A stretch of 64,000 bases of DNA. Origin: Mobula hypostoma. Its lineage: Eukaryota. The DNA is taken from contig NC_086097.1 in assembly GCF_963921235.1 (NCBI RefSeq), positions 200,262,001 to 200,326,000 of the forward strand, written 5' to 3'. The notes under the pieces were generated by a model that was not told where the DNA came from, made no database searches, and worked only from the letters and a program-made list of their open reading frames with translations. Made by a program: the position numbers and the translations under genes. Positions 25,305 through 38,357 of the stretch are shown in pieces. Numbering within the stretch: position 1 is the stretch's first letter; every line of letters starts with the position of its first letter.

Positions 25305-27742
25305 CTAATACCATATCAATATGCAAGGGGATTGGGAAAATCAGGTTGGTGTCAGATCGCAAGAGAGGGAATATATTAAATGGCTACGAGATGGCTATTT
25401 AGAGCAGCTTGTGCTTGAGCCTGCTCAGGAAAAGGCTTTCTTAGATTGGGTGTTGTGTAATAACCCAGATCTTATTACAGAGCTTCATGTAAAGGAATCC
25501 TTGGCAGGCAGTGATTATAATATGATTGAATTCATGCTATAAAGGAGAGGGAGAAGCATAAGTCACATGTATCAGTATTGCAATAGAATAAAGAAAATTA
25601 CAGAAACAGAGAGGAGCTTGCTCAGATGGATTGGAGGAGGATACTGGCAGGGATGACGGCAGAACAGAGATGGCTGAAGTTTCTGGGAATAGTTCACAAG
25701 GATAGATATATCCCACAGAAGGAGTTCTCAAATGGCAGGAGTAGGCATTTGTGGCCTACAAGGGAAGTTAAGGGCTGCATAAAAGCCAAGGAAAGGGCAT
25801 GTAAGGTAGCAAAAGTAAGTGTGAAGTTGAATGATTGGGAAGCTTTTAAAATCCAACAAAAGGAAACTAATAAAGCTTTAAAAAAGCAAACACGAGGAAA
25901 TCTTTTAAGGAAAAGAAAAAATGAGGGCAAACCAGCCAATAATATAAAGCAGGATACTAACAGTTCATTTTTCAGTTATATATAGAATAACAGGGAGGTG
26001 AGAATTGATATTGGACCATTAGAAAGTGATGCTGGTGAGGTAGTAATGGGGGACAAAGAAATGTCAGGTGAATTTAATGGGTACTTTGCATCAGTCTTCA
26101 CTGTGAAAAACACTAGCAGTGTGCTAGAAGTCCACTTGTGTCAGGGAGCAGGAATGAGTCCCATTGCTATTAGAAAGGAAAAAGTTCTAGGTCACCTGGA
26201 CCAGATGGACTACATCCCAATGTCCTGAGAAAGGTTGCTGAAGAGATAATGGATGCATTGGTCATGATCTTTCAAGAATCATTTGATTCTAGCATAGTAC
26301 TGGAGGACTGGAAGATAGCAAATTTCACTCCACTCTTTAAAAATGGAGGAAGACAAAAGATTGGAAAATATAGGCCAGTTGGCATAACCTCAGTGGTTGG
26401 GAAAGTGTTGAGAGTCAATTAAGGATGAGCTATCAGGCTACTTGGAGATTAATGATAAAACAAGTCAAAGTCATTACGGTTTCTCTAAATGGGAATCTTG
26501 CTTGACAAACTTGTTAGAATTTTTTGAGGAAGTAACAAGCAGAATGGACAAAGGAGAGGCAGTGGATGTCATTTACTTGGATTTTCAGAAGGCATTTCAT
26601 AAGGTGCCACACAAGGCTGCTTAACAAGATAAAATCCTGTGGAATTACAGGAAAGATACTGACATGGGCAGAGGAATGGCTGACAGGCAGGAGGCAGTGA
26701 GAGGGAATAAAAGGGGCCTTTTCTGGTTGGCTGCCAGTGACTAGTGATATTCCTTAAGGGTCACTATTGGGACTGTTACTTTTCACATCATTTGTCAGTG
26801 ATTTGGATTATGGAATTGATGGCTTTGTGGCAAAGTTTGCAGATGATACAGAGATAGGTGGGGGGTTAGGTACTGCTGAGGAAGCAATGCCATTGCAACA
26901 GGATTTAGACAAATTGGAAGAATGGATGGGCAAAAAAGTGGCAGATGTTGGGAAATGTATGATAATACATTTCGTAAAAGAAACAATAGTGTGGACTATT
27001 ATCTAACTAGGGAAAAGGTTCAAACATCAGAGTTGCAGAGGGACTTAGGAGTCCTCGTGCAAGACTCCCAGAAGGTTAATTTAAGATCCAGTCTGTGGTA
27101 AAGAAGGCAAATGCAATGTTAGCACTTATTTAAAGGGGAATAGAATATGAAAGCAAAGAGATAATGCTGATGCTTTATAAGACACTAGTCAGGACACACT
27201 TGGAGTATTGTCAACAGTTTTGGGCCTCATATCTCAGAAGGGATGTATTGTCATTGGAGAAAGTTCAGAGAAGGTTCACGAGGATGATTCCAGGAATGAA
27301 GAGGTAATATATGAGGAGCATTTGGCAGCTTTTGGCTTGTACTCGCTGGAATTTAGAAGAATGCAGAGGGATCTCACTGAAACCTGCCGAATGTTAAAAG
27401 GACTTGATAGGGTGGATGTGGAGAGGATGTTTCCTCTGGTGGGGATATCCAGAACCAGAGGGCACAGCCTCAAAATTGAGGAGCAACCTTTTAGAACAGA
27501 GGTAAGGAGGATTTTTTTTAGCCAGAGAGTAACAAATCTGTGGAATGCTCTGCCACAGACTGTGGTGGAGGCCAAGTCTGTGGGTATATATAAGGTGGAA
27601 GTTGATCGGTCAGAGCATCAAAGGAAATGGCAAGAAGGCAGATGTATCAGCTTGAGTGGGATCCAGGATCAACAATCATGGAACAGCAGAGCAGACTTGA
27701 TGGGTTGAATCGCCTAATTCTGCTGCTATGTTTTATGGTCTT
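25305..27742 (+). mobile_element. CR1 LINE ORF2 (end of endonuclease to RT and 3' UTR), degenerate
   Basis: LDWVLCN..LAGSDYNMIEF; SCLTNLLEFFEEVT..YLDFQKAF; KFADDT; RTRGHSLKI. Confidence 0.92.
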
Positions 27743-27874
27743 ATCCAATGGTTCCCCAAATTTATGCAGCTATTTACATCCTCTAAAGAGGACTATAGCC
27801 ATCTCCTGGATTACATAAGGGTTGCATTCCTGATAACAGTCCTGAGGAGAATCATGTGATTTCTATAATTAGAG

Positions 27875-28465
27875 CAAACAAGGTGTTGAAGGAACTCAGC
27901 TGGATACTTTACAACCTGATCGCATGAACACTGAATTCTCCACCTTTTTGGTGAACTGTTCCCCCTCGATCCCTTATCTCTCTCTTCCTCATCTTCTCAG
28001 TTCTTCTAACACTCACCCCAGCTCCTATACCCTTTAACTTCCTCCTCCACCTACTCCATCTGCTCACCACCCACATACTCCTGCCAGTGAGTCCACTCTG
28101 CTTCGGTTACCAATTGCTCTTCCCATTTCCATCGCTTGATTTTCACTCCATCTACCTCTCCTGTCAGATTCCATCACCTTCAGTCCTTTGTCACCTTCAC
28201 CTATCACCTCCCAGTTTTAAATTACTATTTCCATTCTCCTCTCCTCCACGCCTGGATTCACTTATTGCTAGCCAACACTTGCTCCACTGCTTGTCACCAT
28301 CTTTTTATGCTGGCTGTCTCCCTTCTATCATTCAGTCCAGGTGACAGGTCTCCATCCAAAATATCCACTGTCCATATCCCTCCACAGATGCTGCCTAACT
28401 CAATGAATTCCTCCAGTATCTTGTGGTTTGCTCCAGATTCCAGCATCTGGAGCCTCTTGTGTCTC
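27875..28465 (+). mobile_element. Old Penelope-like pLTR remnant
   Basis: Pyrimidine-rich body; decayed hammerhead region near 28335-28370; cagatgctgcct...ccagcatctg terminus. Confidence 0.6.
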
Positions 28466-31400
28466 CATTTTCTTCAACTACCTTTATCATATGCACTTAC
28501 TGTAATTCTTTCATTTCATTGAATGGTCAGCTGAACATGGTCCAATATTAAACTCTTGAATGATATATTATATCTAGTCATTAATGAATACCATGAAACA
28601 TTTTATTATAAATAAAAGTTAAAAAAATGTTTTTAAAATGTATGGGTGAAATCAAGTCATTTGTAACTCTGTTCATTTTAGTAAATGCTATTTTCTGTCA
28701 TAAAACAACATGTTCTGTATAGTCAAGGGCCTTCAAAGTGCTCCAATATCACATTCTTACTCTTGGTTTCCAGCTACTTTTTTTTAATCCAACAACTGAT
28801 GTAAGGCTAATTTTGCTGCTATGTCTCTTTTCTCTTTATCCTTTCTTAAATAGCAGTATTTAATGTCCTGTGCAAAACACAATTTCCAGCATCTGCAAAA
28901 TCTCTTGTGTTTTTTGCTTTTTCTGTCTTCTAATTTATTAGGGCTGCTGTCAAGGCCTACAAGTCTAGTAAGTTTATTAATCCTCGGAGTTCTTCATCCG
29001 GTGCAAACTTCCTTGTCATCTCTTCAGGGGGTGTAACTGCTACTGAAGTATAAGCCCCCATCACCTCTATTAGTGCTCTCTCCAATAGTGAAAGGAATCT
29101 GCCATGCATCAAGTATTAGCCTCAATTCAGGAAATGAATTAAACCCTAAAGAGAAGATCCATTCTTCAGTGCAAAAGTTCAGAAAAGAATAGTGGTTATT
29201 TGAACGAGCTGACTGTGGATATCTGCAAAATGTTACCTGTCTTAAGAGAAACACAGCAAGAGGAAACAAAATGGACAGTTAAATGCCTGTGTGGGTGCAA
29301 GCTGTCACTGCAGTGCGAAGGACTTGGCAGCCCGCCCAGATTACGGCAAGAAGAAAGAAATTTGCCAGATAGTAAGTTAAAGTTACGACATGACATACAG
29401 TACAAAACTGTTTTTGTGGGGGAAAAAAAAGCCCTTTCTCGTTGCAGGTACCTGTATACTCATTTAAGTGTTTTGATCCCTGATCTGGATAATTCTACTC
29501 GAGTCAAATTTAAAAATAGAAAGTAAAAAAAAATCTAATCAGATGGCATCACCAGTCTTTTTCAAATTGCTTTTTATGTGGAGACTCCCGCAAATATTGT
29601 CACGTCCATTGAGAAAACCTGTCCTAACTTCAGAAAGGAGAAGTCAAACAAAGAAAGGTGTTAAATAAAAGTAGAATTTGCCAGACTCAATAGACCACGT
29701 AGCATCAGTAGAGAGTAAGACTACGTTTGTGGACTCAGAACAGCACATTTGCAGGAGCTTATGTTTCTTCATTATTTCAACCTTCTGGCACCCGTAGCCT
29801 TTTGCTTAAAGAAAACAGCGATATAGTGACAGAGGAAGGTTTCGTGCCATTAAGTCAACAAACATAACACCTGAAAACCAATGATACAGAAGCCCAATTT
29901 GAAGATGAGAGCCCTTGATTTGGAAATATTTGACATAACTCAATGATTTATTTCATTCTAATGATATGCATATGTGAAGAAAGCAAAAAAGAAATCAGGC
30001 AGTATGATTCCTGTTCACACTGAAGGCTGATGACCAACAAGCTCTATTGAACAGTACGGCACAGGAACAGGACCTTCAAAACACTATGTGTCTATCAACC
30101 ATGATGCTTATCTAATATAATCCCATCTGTCTGCACAGGGTCTATATATTCTTATGGTCCCTGCCTGTTCATGTGTCTATCTAAATGCTTCTTAACCATT
30201 CCTATACATTCCAATTTTAACAAAAGAATATTTCTCTGCTTCAAAGCACTTTTCTGTTCATTTTGAATCTACAATTTGGTTACAGTATATAGTCCCACAT
30301 CCATAGCAGAGTTTAAATCCCCTTGGCGCATATCCAGTCAGGAGGCCTTAGCCTACACTTTGAATAACTTCTTCTGGTTCCATGGTGTAGTAACCTCCTG
30401 AGCATAATATGTTTCCTGTATCAAGCACTAATAGCTTTAAACCAAAGAGGATGTTCAGCATTGAATAGCTTCCTTTGTCACATCCTTCAATAAATGCTAT
30501 TTCAAATCTAAGCAGAATACACTGAGCGTGGATGAACTTAGAATCAGAAATGAGAGGTCATGATCATTCATTGGCAGAATTATGTGGTAGGAATAAGAAT
30601 GATCAAAGCTGTTTGACAATTAAGTGCAGCGAAGCAATGAGGCCCTTCTCATTATTTGAAAAACATCTTCCAAGAGTAATCCTCAACCCACTTGACCTAG
30701 CAGCATGATTGTATGCCATCTGCAGCCCAAGACAAGTGTGCAGCAATGTCATCTGCGGCAAGATCACAAAATTTAGCTCCACATACCAGAAGAAATGACA
30801 GGGCAGATAAAAAAGCAATTGTCATATGTCTTGAGAATTAAAGATCCTTTGTGAAGCTCTACCTGTGAGGAGAAGGAGGACCTTCTCCAGGTTTATGAAG
30901 TCCTGGACTTAAATGAGGCCCCTCCCATCCTGGTGGGCTATTTCCAATTTCGGGTGTTTTCACCTAAAATGCACAGATGAGGCAGAATCAAAGAAAATGG
31001 TGATATCTTTTGCACAAGGGTGAATATAAGTGTGTGCGAGACTGTGGGAGAGTGAAGAGCTGTGGTTGTATCAAAGCAGACAACACTATAAAAGAGTGTT
31101 ATTTAATAGCATTATATGGTTTATCTTGATGTAACTAGTGAAGTCATATTTCTTTTTTCTGTATTGTATAGGGTGCATCATTTCACAGGATTCGGACCTC
31201 TGCCGCTACTGCCAAGATCTTTTTTTGCAGTACCTTAGTGGCTCTCATGCCCGCAGTCTTCCTATCTCACCCTAACCCACCTACTCTGCCCATCTTGACA
31301 GCACACAAGACCCCATCCTTTGTTGTAATTCCCTAACCAAGTCTGAGAAGAGTTTACTCGTCATATACACCTGGAGGGCCCTAGATCCTTTTTTTAAAAA

Positions 31401-31704
31401 GAGAGTTTTAAAAATTAAAGACCCTTTTACTTATGAGATAATTGCTAATAAAAACAAAACAATCTTACTTCTTTAAAGTGAATAATTAAATGTGTGAGTT
31501 CTATGTTCTTTAGGCCTTCCTTCCCAGTTTTTTTCATGTTTATTTCTTAAATCAGACTTTAATCACTTGTGTCCTATTGTTTTCAATTATTTACCAAGAT
31601 GCCCACTGAGTTTGGAAGCTAGATATGGAGCATTGTATTACTGATGGGATATCTATAATCTATAGTCAAATTATGCTAACCTGTAGTGATTAGGGTTTCC
31701 AGTC

Positions 31705-32651
31705 ACAAACAAGAGAAAATCTGCAGATGTTGGAAATCCAAGCAACACACACACACAATGCTGGAGGAACTGAGCAGGCCAGGCAGCATCTATGGAAAAG
31801 AGCACAGCCAACGTTTCGCACCGAGACCCTTCAGCAGGACTGGAGAAAAAATGCTGAGGAGTAGATCTAAAAGGTGGGGGAGGGGAGAGAGAAACACAAG
31901 GTGATAGGTGAACCCTGAAGTCGGAGAGGATGAAGGCCGCTTTGCTGAGCACCTACTCTCTGTCTGCCTGAAAAAAATTGGGATCTCCCAGTGGCCACCC
32001 AGTTTAATTCCAGTTTCCATTCTGTTATGTCAGAATCAGAATTCAGAATTCTCCTCCACTGTCGCAATGAGGCCACACTTAGATTGGAGGAACAACATCT
32101 TGTATTCTGTTCAGGTAGCCTCCAACCTGATCCATGTAACCTACTCAAGAACCTGCCTAGAATTTCTGTAGCACATAGCCCTCTATTTTTCTAAGTTCCA
32201 TGTACCTGCCCAAGAGGCTCTTAAAAGACCCTATTGCATCCACTTCCACCACCAGCAGCAGCAGTGTATTCCACACACTTACCACTCTGTGTGATTTCTC
32301 CAACTTCCAGTATCACCCCCTACCCTCACTCTCCTTCACCATTTCCCATCCCCTTTTCCCTCTCTCACCTTATCTCTTTGCCCACCCATCTTCTCCCTGC
32401 ATTTTCTTTCTTTCATGGCCTTCTGTCTCTTTCACCAATTTACTTCCCAGCTCTTTACTTCATCCCTTCCCCTTCAGGGTTCACTTATCACTTTGTTTCT
32501 CTCTCTCTCCTCCCCCACATTTTAAATCTACTCCTCAGCTCTTATTCTCCAGTCCTGCTGAAGGGTTTCTGCCTGAAACAGCAACAGTGCTCTTGCACTC
32601 TTTTCCTAGATGCTGCCTGGCCTGCTGTATCCCTCCAGCATTTTGTGTGTG
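31705..32651. mobile_element. Penelope-like element with inverted pLTRs (minus 31705-~31915, plus ~31930-32651); CR1 tail inserted at ~32130-32290
   Basis: Opposed copies of the terminal repeat; RFAEHLLSV..EATLRLEEQHLVF; hammerhead variants with CTGCTGA at 31806-31841 (-) and 32551-32586 (+). Confidence 0.85.
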
Positions 32652-32659
32652 ATTAGGTT

Positions 32660-32960
32660 TGTGCTACTTGGTTCAAGAACCAAATAGTGGAAGGGAAGTG
32701 ACTGTTCTTCAACTTGGTGTTGTGGGACTTCAGGTTTCTGCTTGATGGTAGCTGTGAAAGTTGGCATGGCTGAGATGGTGGGTATCTTTGATGATGGATG
32801 TTGCCTTCTTGAGGCAGTGATCCCTATAGACAGTAAAAATGGTGGGGTGGGATGTGTCCGCGATGTACTGGGCAGAGTCCACTGCTCTCTGCAGCTTCTT
32901 ACATTCCTGAGCATTTGTACTCGACCATGATGCAACCAGACATGATACTTCCAACAGTAC
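32660..32960 (-). mobile_element. Rex1/Babar-like LINE 3' fragment
   Basis: KKLQRAVDSAQYI..CLKKATSIIKDTHH. Confidence 0.7.
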
Positions 32961-33074
32961 ATACAAAGAAATTTGTATGTTGGAGTATAGATGTTGGAGT
33001 TAAAGAGGCATTGGTACTATAGATTGGGCAACCAGAGACACTTACACAGGGCAGAAATGAAAAATACAAGGGGG

Positions 33075-33351
33075 TGTGGAGACCCATTTTCCAGCGCACT
33101 CGAACCGGCTCACAAAAATGGCGCGCGCCGGCAGAGAAGCCGGCCCCAAAAAGGGCGCCAGGCCATCTTCACCAGCAAGGGGAAAAACCCGTGCATGGGA
33201 AGGGTCTGGGAATATGCATTCCTCACAGCAGTCCCGCCCAGGGAGGGCGGAAACGGGAAGGCTTTAAAGGAGGCCGCAAAGTTTGAATAAATCTCTTTTT
33301 TCACAGCTACACCACACCGACTACTAGCGCTGTGTGTAGCACATCGCTACA
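33075..33351 (+). repeat. 5' LTR of element C
   Basis: tgtgg...ctaca ends; tttaaa and aataaa signals; first 51 bp nearly identical to 37163-37213. Confidence 0.93.
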
Positions 33352-33353
33352 TT

Positions 33354-33365
33354 TGGTGACGCCGA
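33354..33365 (+). promoter_or_regulatory. Primer-binding site, tRNA-Trp-like
   Basis: tggtgacgccga, 2 nt after the LTR; one mismatch to TGGTGACCCCGA (complement of the tRNA-Trp 3' end). Confidence 0.75.
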
Positions 33366-33391
33366 TGGCCCAAACGATATTTGGACCAGAG

Positions 33392-34096
33392 ATGACCGAT
33401 GCCGCATCTGTTCACGCAGTTTCATTAAAACTGCCAAGCTTCTGGACGCTGCCACCTCGCCTATGGTTCGAACAAGCAGAAGTCCAATTCCTCATTCGGC
33501 AGACAACCTCGGATTCCACTCGTTACTACTACGTGATGAGCTCACTCGACCAGGCGACAGCTGCACAAGTTGAGGAGTTTATACAGTTGCCCCCAGAGGA
33601 CGGAAAATACACAGCATTCAAAGCCCTGCTCATAAGGACTTACGGACTCTCACGGCGCGAACGAGCACGCCGCTTAATGCACCTGGATGGTTTGGGAGAC
33701 AAGCCACCGTCAGCATTAATGAATGAGATGCTGGCCCTGGCTGAAGGACACAAACCCTGCCTCACGTTTGAGCAGGCGTTCCTAGAGCAACTGCCCGAGG
33801 ACATATGCCTGCTGCTGTCCGACGCAGATTTCAGAAACCCCCGGGAGGTGGCGGCCCGAGCAGATGTACTGTGGAATGCCAGGAAAGAGAGAGGGGCGCC
33901 CATCGCACAGATCACCAAGCCGCGTGCTCACCGACAGACCAGACCAGGCCCGGCAGCAGAGCCTACAAAACCTGGCGACGGGAGTGAGGAGCCCAATGAA
34001 CAATGGTGTTTCTACCACCAGCGGTGGGGCACAGAGGCCCGCCACTGCAGACCACCCTGCAAATTCCCGGGAAACGCCAGGGCCAGCCGCCACTGA
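33392..34096 (+). CDS. gag: Gag of element C with C-X2-H-X9-C-X3-C (CHCC) motif
   Basis: Open [40 protein letters not shown]. Confidence 0.9.
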   Translation: MTDAASVHAVSLKLPSFWTLPPRLWFEQAEVQFLIRQTTSDSTRYYYVMSSLDQATAAQVEEFIQLPPEDGKYTAFKALLIRTYGLSRRERARRLMHLDGLGDKPPSALMNEMLALAEGHKPCLTFEQAFLEQLPEDICLLLSDADFRNPREVAARADVLWNARKERGAPIAQITKPRAHRQTRPGPAAEPTKPGDGSEEPNEQWCFYHQRWGTEARHCRPPCKFPGNARASRH

Positions 34097-34119
34097 TGGC
34101 TACGGCGGCTGGCCATCAG
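34069..34119 (+). promoter_or_regulatory. -1 programmed ribosomal frameshift signal (G GGA AAC + stimulatory hairpin)
   Basis: In-frame X XXY YYZ heptamer 34069-34075; 5-nt spacer; perfect 11-bp stem 34081-34091/34104-34114; pol is in the -1 frame. Confidence 0.85.
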
Positions 34120-37100
34120 GACAGCCTCCTGTACGTCTGGGACAAGCAGTCAGGACGCCGCTTTTTGGTCGACACCGGAGCAGAGATCAGTGTCTTACCT
34201 CCAACGAGTTACAACACCCGCAACAGAGAACCGGGACCCACCCTGAGGGCCACAAATAGCAGCACAATACGGACCTATGGCACCCGCACGGTGCAGCTAC
34301 AGTTCAGCTCCAGCCGGTTCACGTGGGACTTCGCACTGGCCGCCGTGGCCCAACCACTGCTGGGGGCAGATTTTCTACGAGCCCACAGCCTGCTGGTCGA
34401 CTTGCAAGGGAAGCGATTAGTCCACGCCAAGACTTTTCAAACGTTCTCCCTCGGTGAAGCACAGTTGCCAGCCCCACACCTGGACTCCATCACGGTGTCC
34501 GACGATGAATTCACCAGGGTCCTGGCGGATTTCCCATCAGTACTGACACCGCAGTTCACGGCAGCCATGCCCAGACACGGAGTACAGCACCACATCCCGA
34601 CCCAGGGACCACCCCTCCATGCCCGTGCTCAAAGGCTTCCCCCGGACAAGCTCTGTCTGGAGAAGGAGGAGTTCAAGAAGATGGAGGAATTGGGGATCAT
34701 ACGACAGTCTGAGAGCCCCTGGGCCTCCCCCCTGCACAAGGTGCCCAAGGCAATGGGGGGCTGGAGACCATGCGGTGACTACCGCAGACTGAACGAGGCT
34801 ACAACGCCAGACCGCTACCCTGTGCTGCACATTCAAGACTTTGCAGCAAACCTACACGGCGTAAGGATGTTTTCCAAGGTAGACCTCGTCCAGAGATACC
34901 ATCAAATCCCGATACATCCGGACGACATCCCCAAGTCAGCACTCATCACCCCGTTTGGACTTTTCGAGTGCCTCCAAATGCCATTCGGCCTAAAGAATGC
35001 CGCACAGATGTTCCAGCAGCTAATGGACGCGGTGGGATGCAACCTGGAATTTGCATTCATCTATTTGGATGACATCCTCATATCCAGCAGTAGTCGTCAG
35101 GAACATCTGTCCCACCTCCGCCAGCTCTACTCTCGCCTGAGTGATTTCGGCCTCACAATCAACCCGGCCAAATGTCAGTTCAGACTCGACACCATCGACT
35201 TCCTGGGCCACAGGATTACTAAAGATGGGGCAACCCCTCTGCCCGCCAAAGTAGACGCGGTCCGCCACTTCCCCCGACCCAACACAACCAAAGGCCTGAA
35301 GGAATTCGTGGGTATAGTGAATTTCTACCACCGTTTCCTCCCCTCAGCAGCCCGAATCATGCGCCTCCTCTTCACCCTGATGTCGGGTAAGGGCAAACAC
35401 ATTACCTGGGACGAAGAGGCCGCAGCCACTTTCGTTAAAACCAAAGAAGCCTTGGCAAACGCCGTGATGATAGTGCACCCCAGAACGGACATTCCTACTG
35501 CCCTCACAGTGGACTTATCCAACACAGCAGTCGGTGGAGTGCTGGAACAACTCATCGAGGGTTGCTGGCAGCCCCTGGCGTTCTTCAGCAAACACATACG
35601 ATCACCCGAACTCAAATACAGTGCTTTCGACCGGGAGCTATTGGCACTATACCTGGCAATCCGGCATTTCAGGTACTTCTTAGAAGGTAGGCCCTTCACC
35701 GCGTTCACAGACCACAAACCGCTTACCTTTGCGTTCACTAAGGTGTCTGATCCCTGGTCGTCCCGCCAGCAGCGACATCTGTCCTACATCTCCGAGTACA
35801 CGACGGACATCCGGCATGTCTCGGGAAAGGACAACGTCGTGGCAGACACACTATCCAGACCTACCATACAGGCCCTGTCCCAGGGGGTGGACTATGCAGC
35901 GCTGGCAGAGGCACAGCAGGCAGATGACGAGATCCCCAGTTACAGAACTGCGGTCTCTGGTTTGCAGCTCCAAAACCTCCCCGTAGGCCCAGGTGAGAGG
36001 ACCCTACAGTGTGACGTAGCTACTGGTCAACCCCGCCCCGTCGTCCCGGCATCTGGCGGTGGCGAGTTTTCGACTCCATTCACAACTTAGTGCACCCCTC
36101 CATCAGGACAATCATCCGGCTGGTCGCCAACAGGTTCGTTTGGCATGGGCTTTGTAAACAGGTCAGTGAATGGGCCAAAACGTGCATGCAGTGCCAAACA
36201 GCCAAGGTGCAGCAGCACACCAAGGCTCCAACGCAGCAGTTCAAACCCACCCGCTGGAGGTTCGACCACATCCATGTGGATATCGTGGGGCCCCTGCCAG
36301 TGTCACGAGGAGCGCGGTACCTCCTAACCATAATAGACCGGTTCACCAGATGGCCAGAGGCAGTCCTGCTCACCGACACCACCTCCGAATCCTGCGCCCA
36401 AGTGCTGATCGCAACCTGGGTAGCCCGCTTCGGGATACCGGCCCACATTACCTCCAACAGGGGCGCCCAATTCACCTCCAGCCTGTGGTCAGCTGTGGCC
36501 AGCCTGTTGGGAACACAGCTACACCACACAACTGCCTACCACCCACAGTCGAACGGACTAGTGGAGTGTTTCCACCGTCACCTGAAGTCTGCTCTCATGG
36601 CCCGCCTGAAAGTGCCTAACTGGGTGGACGAGCTTCCCTGGGTCCTGCTTGGAATCCGCATGGCGCCCAAGGAGGATCTGCACACCTCCTTGTCCGAGCT
36701 GGTGTACGGCACACCCCTGGTAGTCCCAGGAGAGTTCATACCAGCCCCAAGGGGGCAAGAGGAGGAACCCGCAGCAGTCCTGGACAGACTATGTGAGAGG
36801 CTCAGTAACCTGGCCCCCATACCCACTTCACAGCACGGACAGAGCCCGACCTGCGTACCCAAAGACCTGCAGAACTGTAAGTTTCTTTTTGTATGACGGG
36901 GCGGACACCGGGCACCGCTACAGCGGCCCTACAGGGGGCCGTTTAAGGTGATCAGTAACAACGGGTCCATGTTTGTGCTGGACATTAGGGGGAAAGAGGA
37001 GGTTTTCACACTGGACCGACTCAAACCGGCCCACGTGGACTTGGCGCAGCCGGTCCAGGCTCAGGCACCGCGGCGCAAGGGCAGACCTCCCAAACAGAGG

Positions 37101-37140
37101 CCGATCCAGACTGTGGACATTGGGGGATGTATCGCCGGTT
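34075..37140 (+). pseudogene. pol: Pol of element C (protease, RT, RNase H, integrase); one frameshift near 36050 and a premature stop at 36894-36896
   Basis: [57 protein letters not shown] continues past the stop. Confidence 0.92.
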
Positions 37141-37142
37141 CT

Positions 37143-37159
37143 GGGGTGGGGGGGGGGGG
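37143..37159 (+). promoter_or_regulatory. Polypurine tract of element C
   Basis: G-run immediately before the 3' LTR. Confidence 0.8.
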
Positions 37160-38094
37160 TTATGTGGTGACCCACTTCCCAGCGCACTTGAACCGGCTCA
37201 CAAAAATGGCGCGACTGGATGGGTGACTGGAGGAGAGTATGAGGGGAATGACAGATGTACGATCTTTACACAGAGAGTGGTGAGTGTGTGGAACACTCTG
37301 GCAGAGACAGATACATTAAGGGCATTTAAGAAAACACTTAGATAGGCACATGTATGCCAGAAAAATGAAGGGTAATGTAGGAGGGAAGGATTAAAGTAGG
37401 TTGAAAGTTCATGAGCCGTGGGATCTCAGCTGTGCTGTAATGTTCTATGTTTTATGTTCTGTGTTCTAGTGTTGGGTAACAATCCAAACCTCCTAAGGAA
37501 ATAAAGTCCTAGCACACTTCCATTTCTGTCTACTCTATTTTTGGTGACCTGGTCAATCTTCTGTTCACACCAAAGGTTCATTTTATTATCCAAGTACAAA
37601 ACTCTGAAATTCATTAATTCTCCATAACATTACCTTTCATTTTCAGTAGTAACCTCTTCATGTGGCACTTAAATAAATGTATCTGGAAATCTAAGTTACT
37701 ACTTCAAAAGGTCTCAAATAAATTGGCCAAACTTGATTCTTTTCCTCAAGCAAAAACAGAAAATATTGCAAAAACTAAGCAAGCAAGCAATGTCCATGAA
37801 AAGAGAAACAGTCAAGGACTGTGACCCTTCACTTTGATTACCATGATCACTTAATCATCTCCTACAATTTCTATAATAGTATGTTTCCTCAACTCATGTA
37901 AAATTAACATGCCCCTTGCTTCCTGCTCTATGTTCCTGTATGCTTGAATACTAGACACATACAGGCTAAAAGAAATTTCTGCAAATGGTTGGTGCTGCTG
38001 GAGACTGGCACCTACACTGCCTGGTACAGTGAGCATCACTTTCCCTGTAATGGTAATAGTGCAAATTTCTTCATAAGGTATATACATTTTGTTT

Positions 38095-38357
38095 TAATCA
38101 TAGAGATATAGTCATAGAATATAGACCAATCCTTAATCCAATTTTTAATTCCCCCACCATTCTCATCAGCTCTGCCCCAAATTCTACCACTCAGCTATGC
38201 ACTAGGGGCAATAGCCTACTATCCCATATTTACTTGTAATGTGGGAGGAATCTAAGCACTCACAGCAAAACCAGGTCGACCATGCAAACTCCAGCCATAT
38301 AGTACTCAGGGATCAGGATTCTGGATTGTTAGGCAGTGGCTCTACTTGCAACACTAC
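38095..38357 (-). mobile_element. Degenerate V-SINE (HE1-like)
   Basis: Minus strand ggagtttgcatg...gtgcttagattcctcccaca resembles the V-domain. Confidence 0.5.

Larger units (their letters stand above)
33075..37213 (+). mobile_element. Near-intact Gypsy LTR retrotransposon C (CsRn1-like); 3' LTR truncated to 51 bp
   Basis: TG..CA LTR, PBS, gag, PR-RT-RH-IN pol, PPT; 3' LTR start (37163) matches 33075; CpG-rich relative to flanks. Confidence 0.97.

Noticed and set aside
29024..29245. Candidate minus-strand terminal exon after an acceptor-like tract
   Set aside because: No recognisable product and no linkable upstream exons
34537..35738. Antisense ORFs within Gypsy pol
   Set aside because: Expected shadow ORFs of GC-rich coding sequence; no motifs
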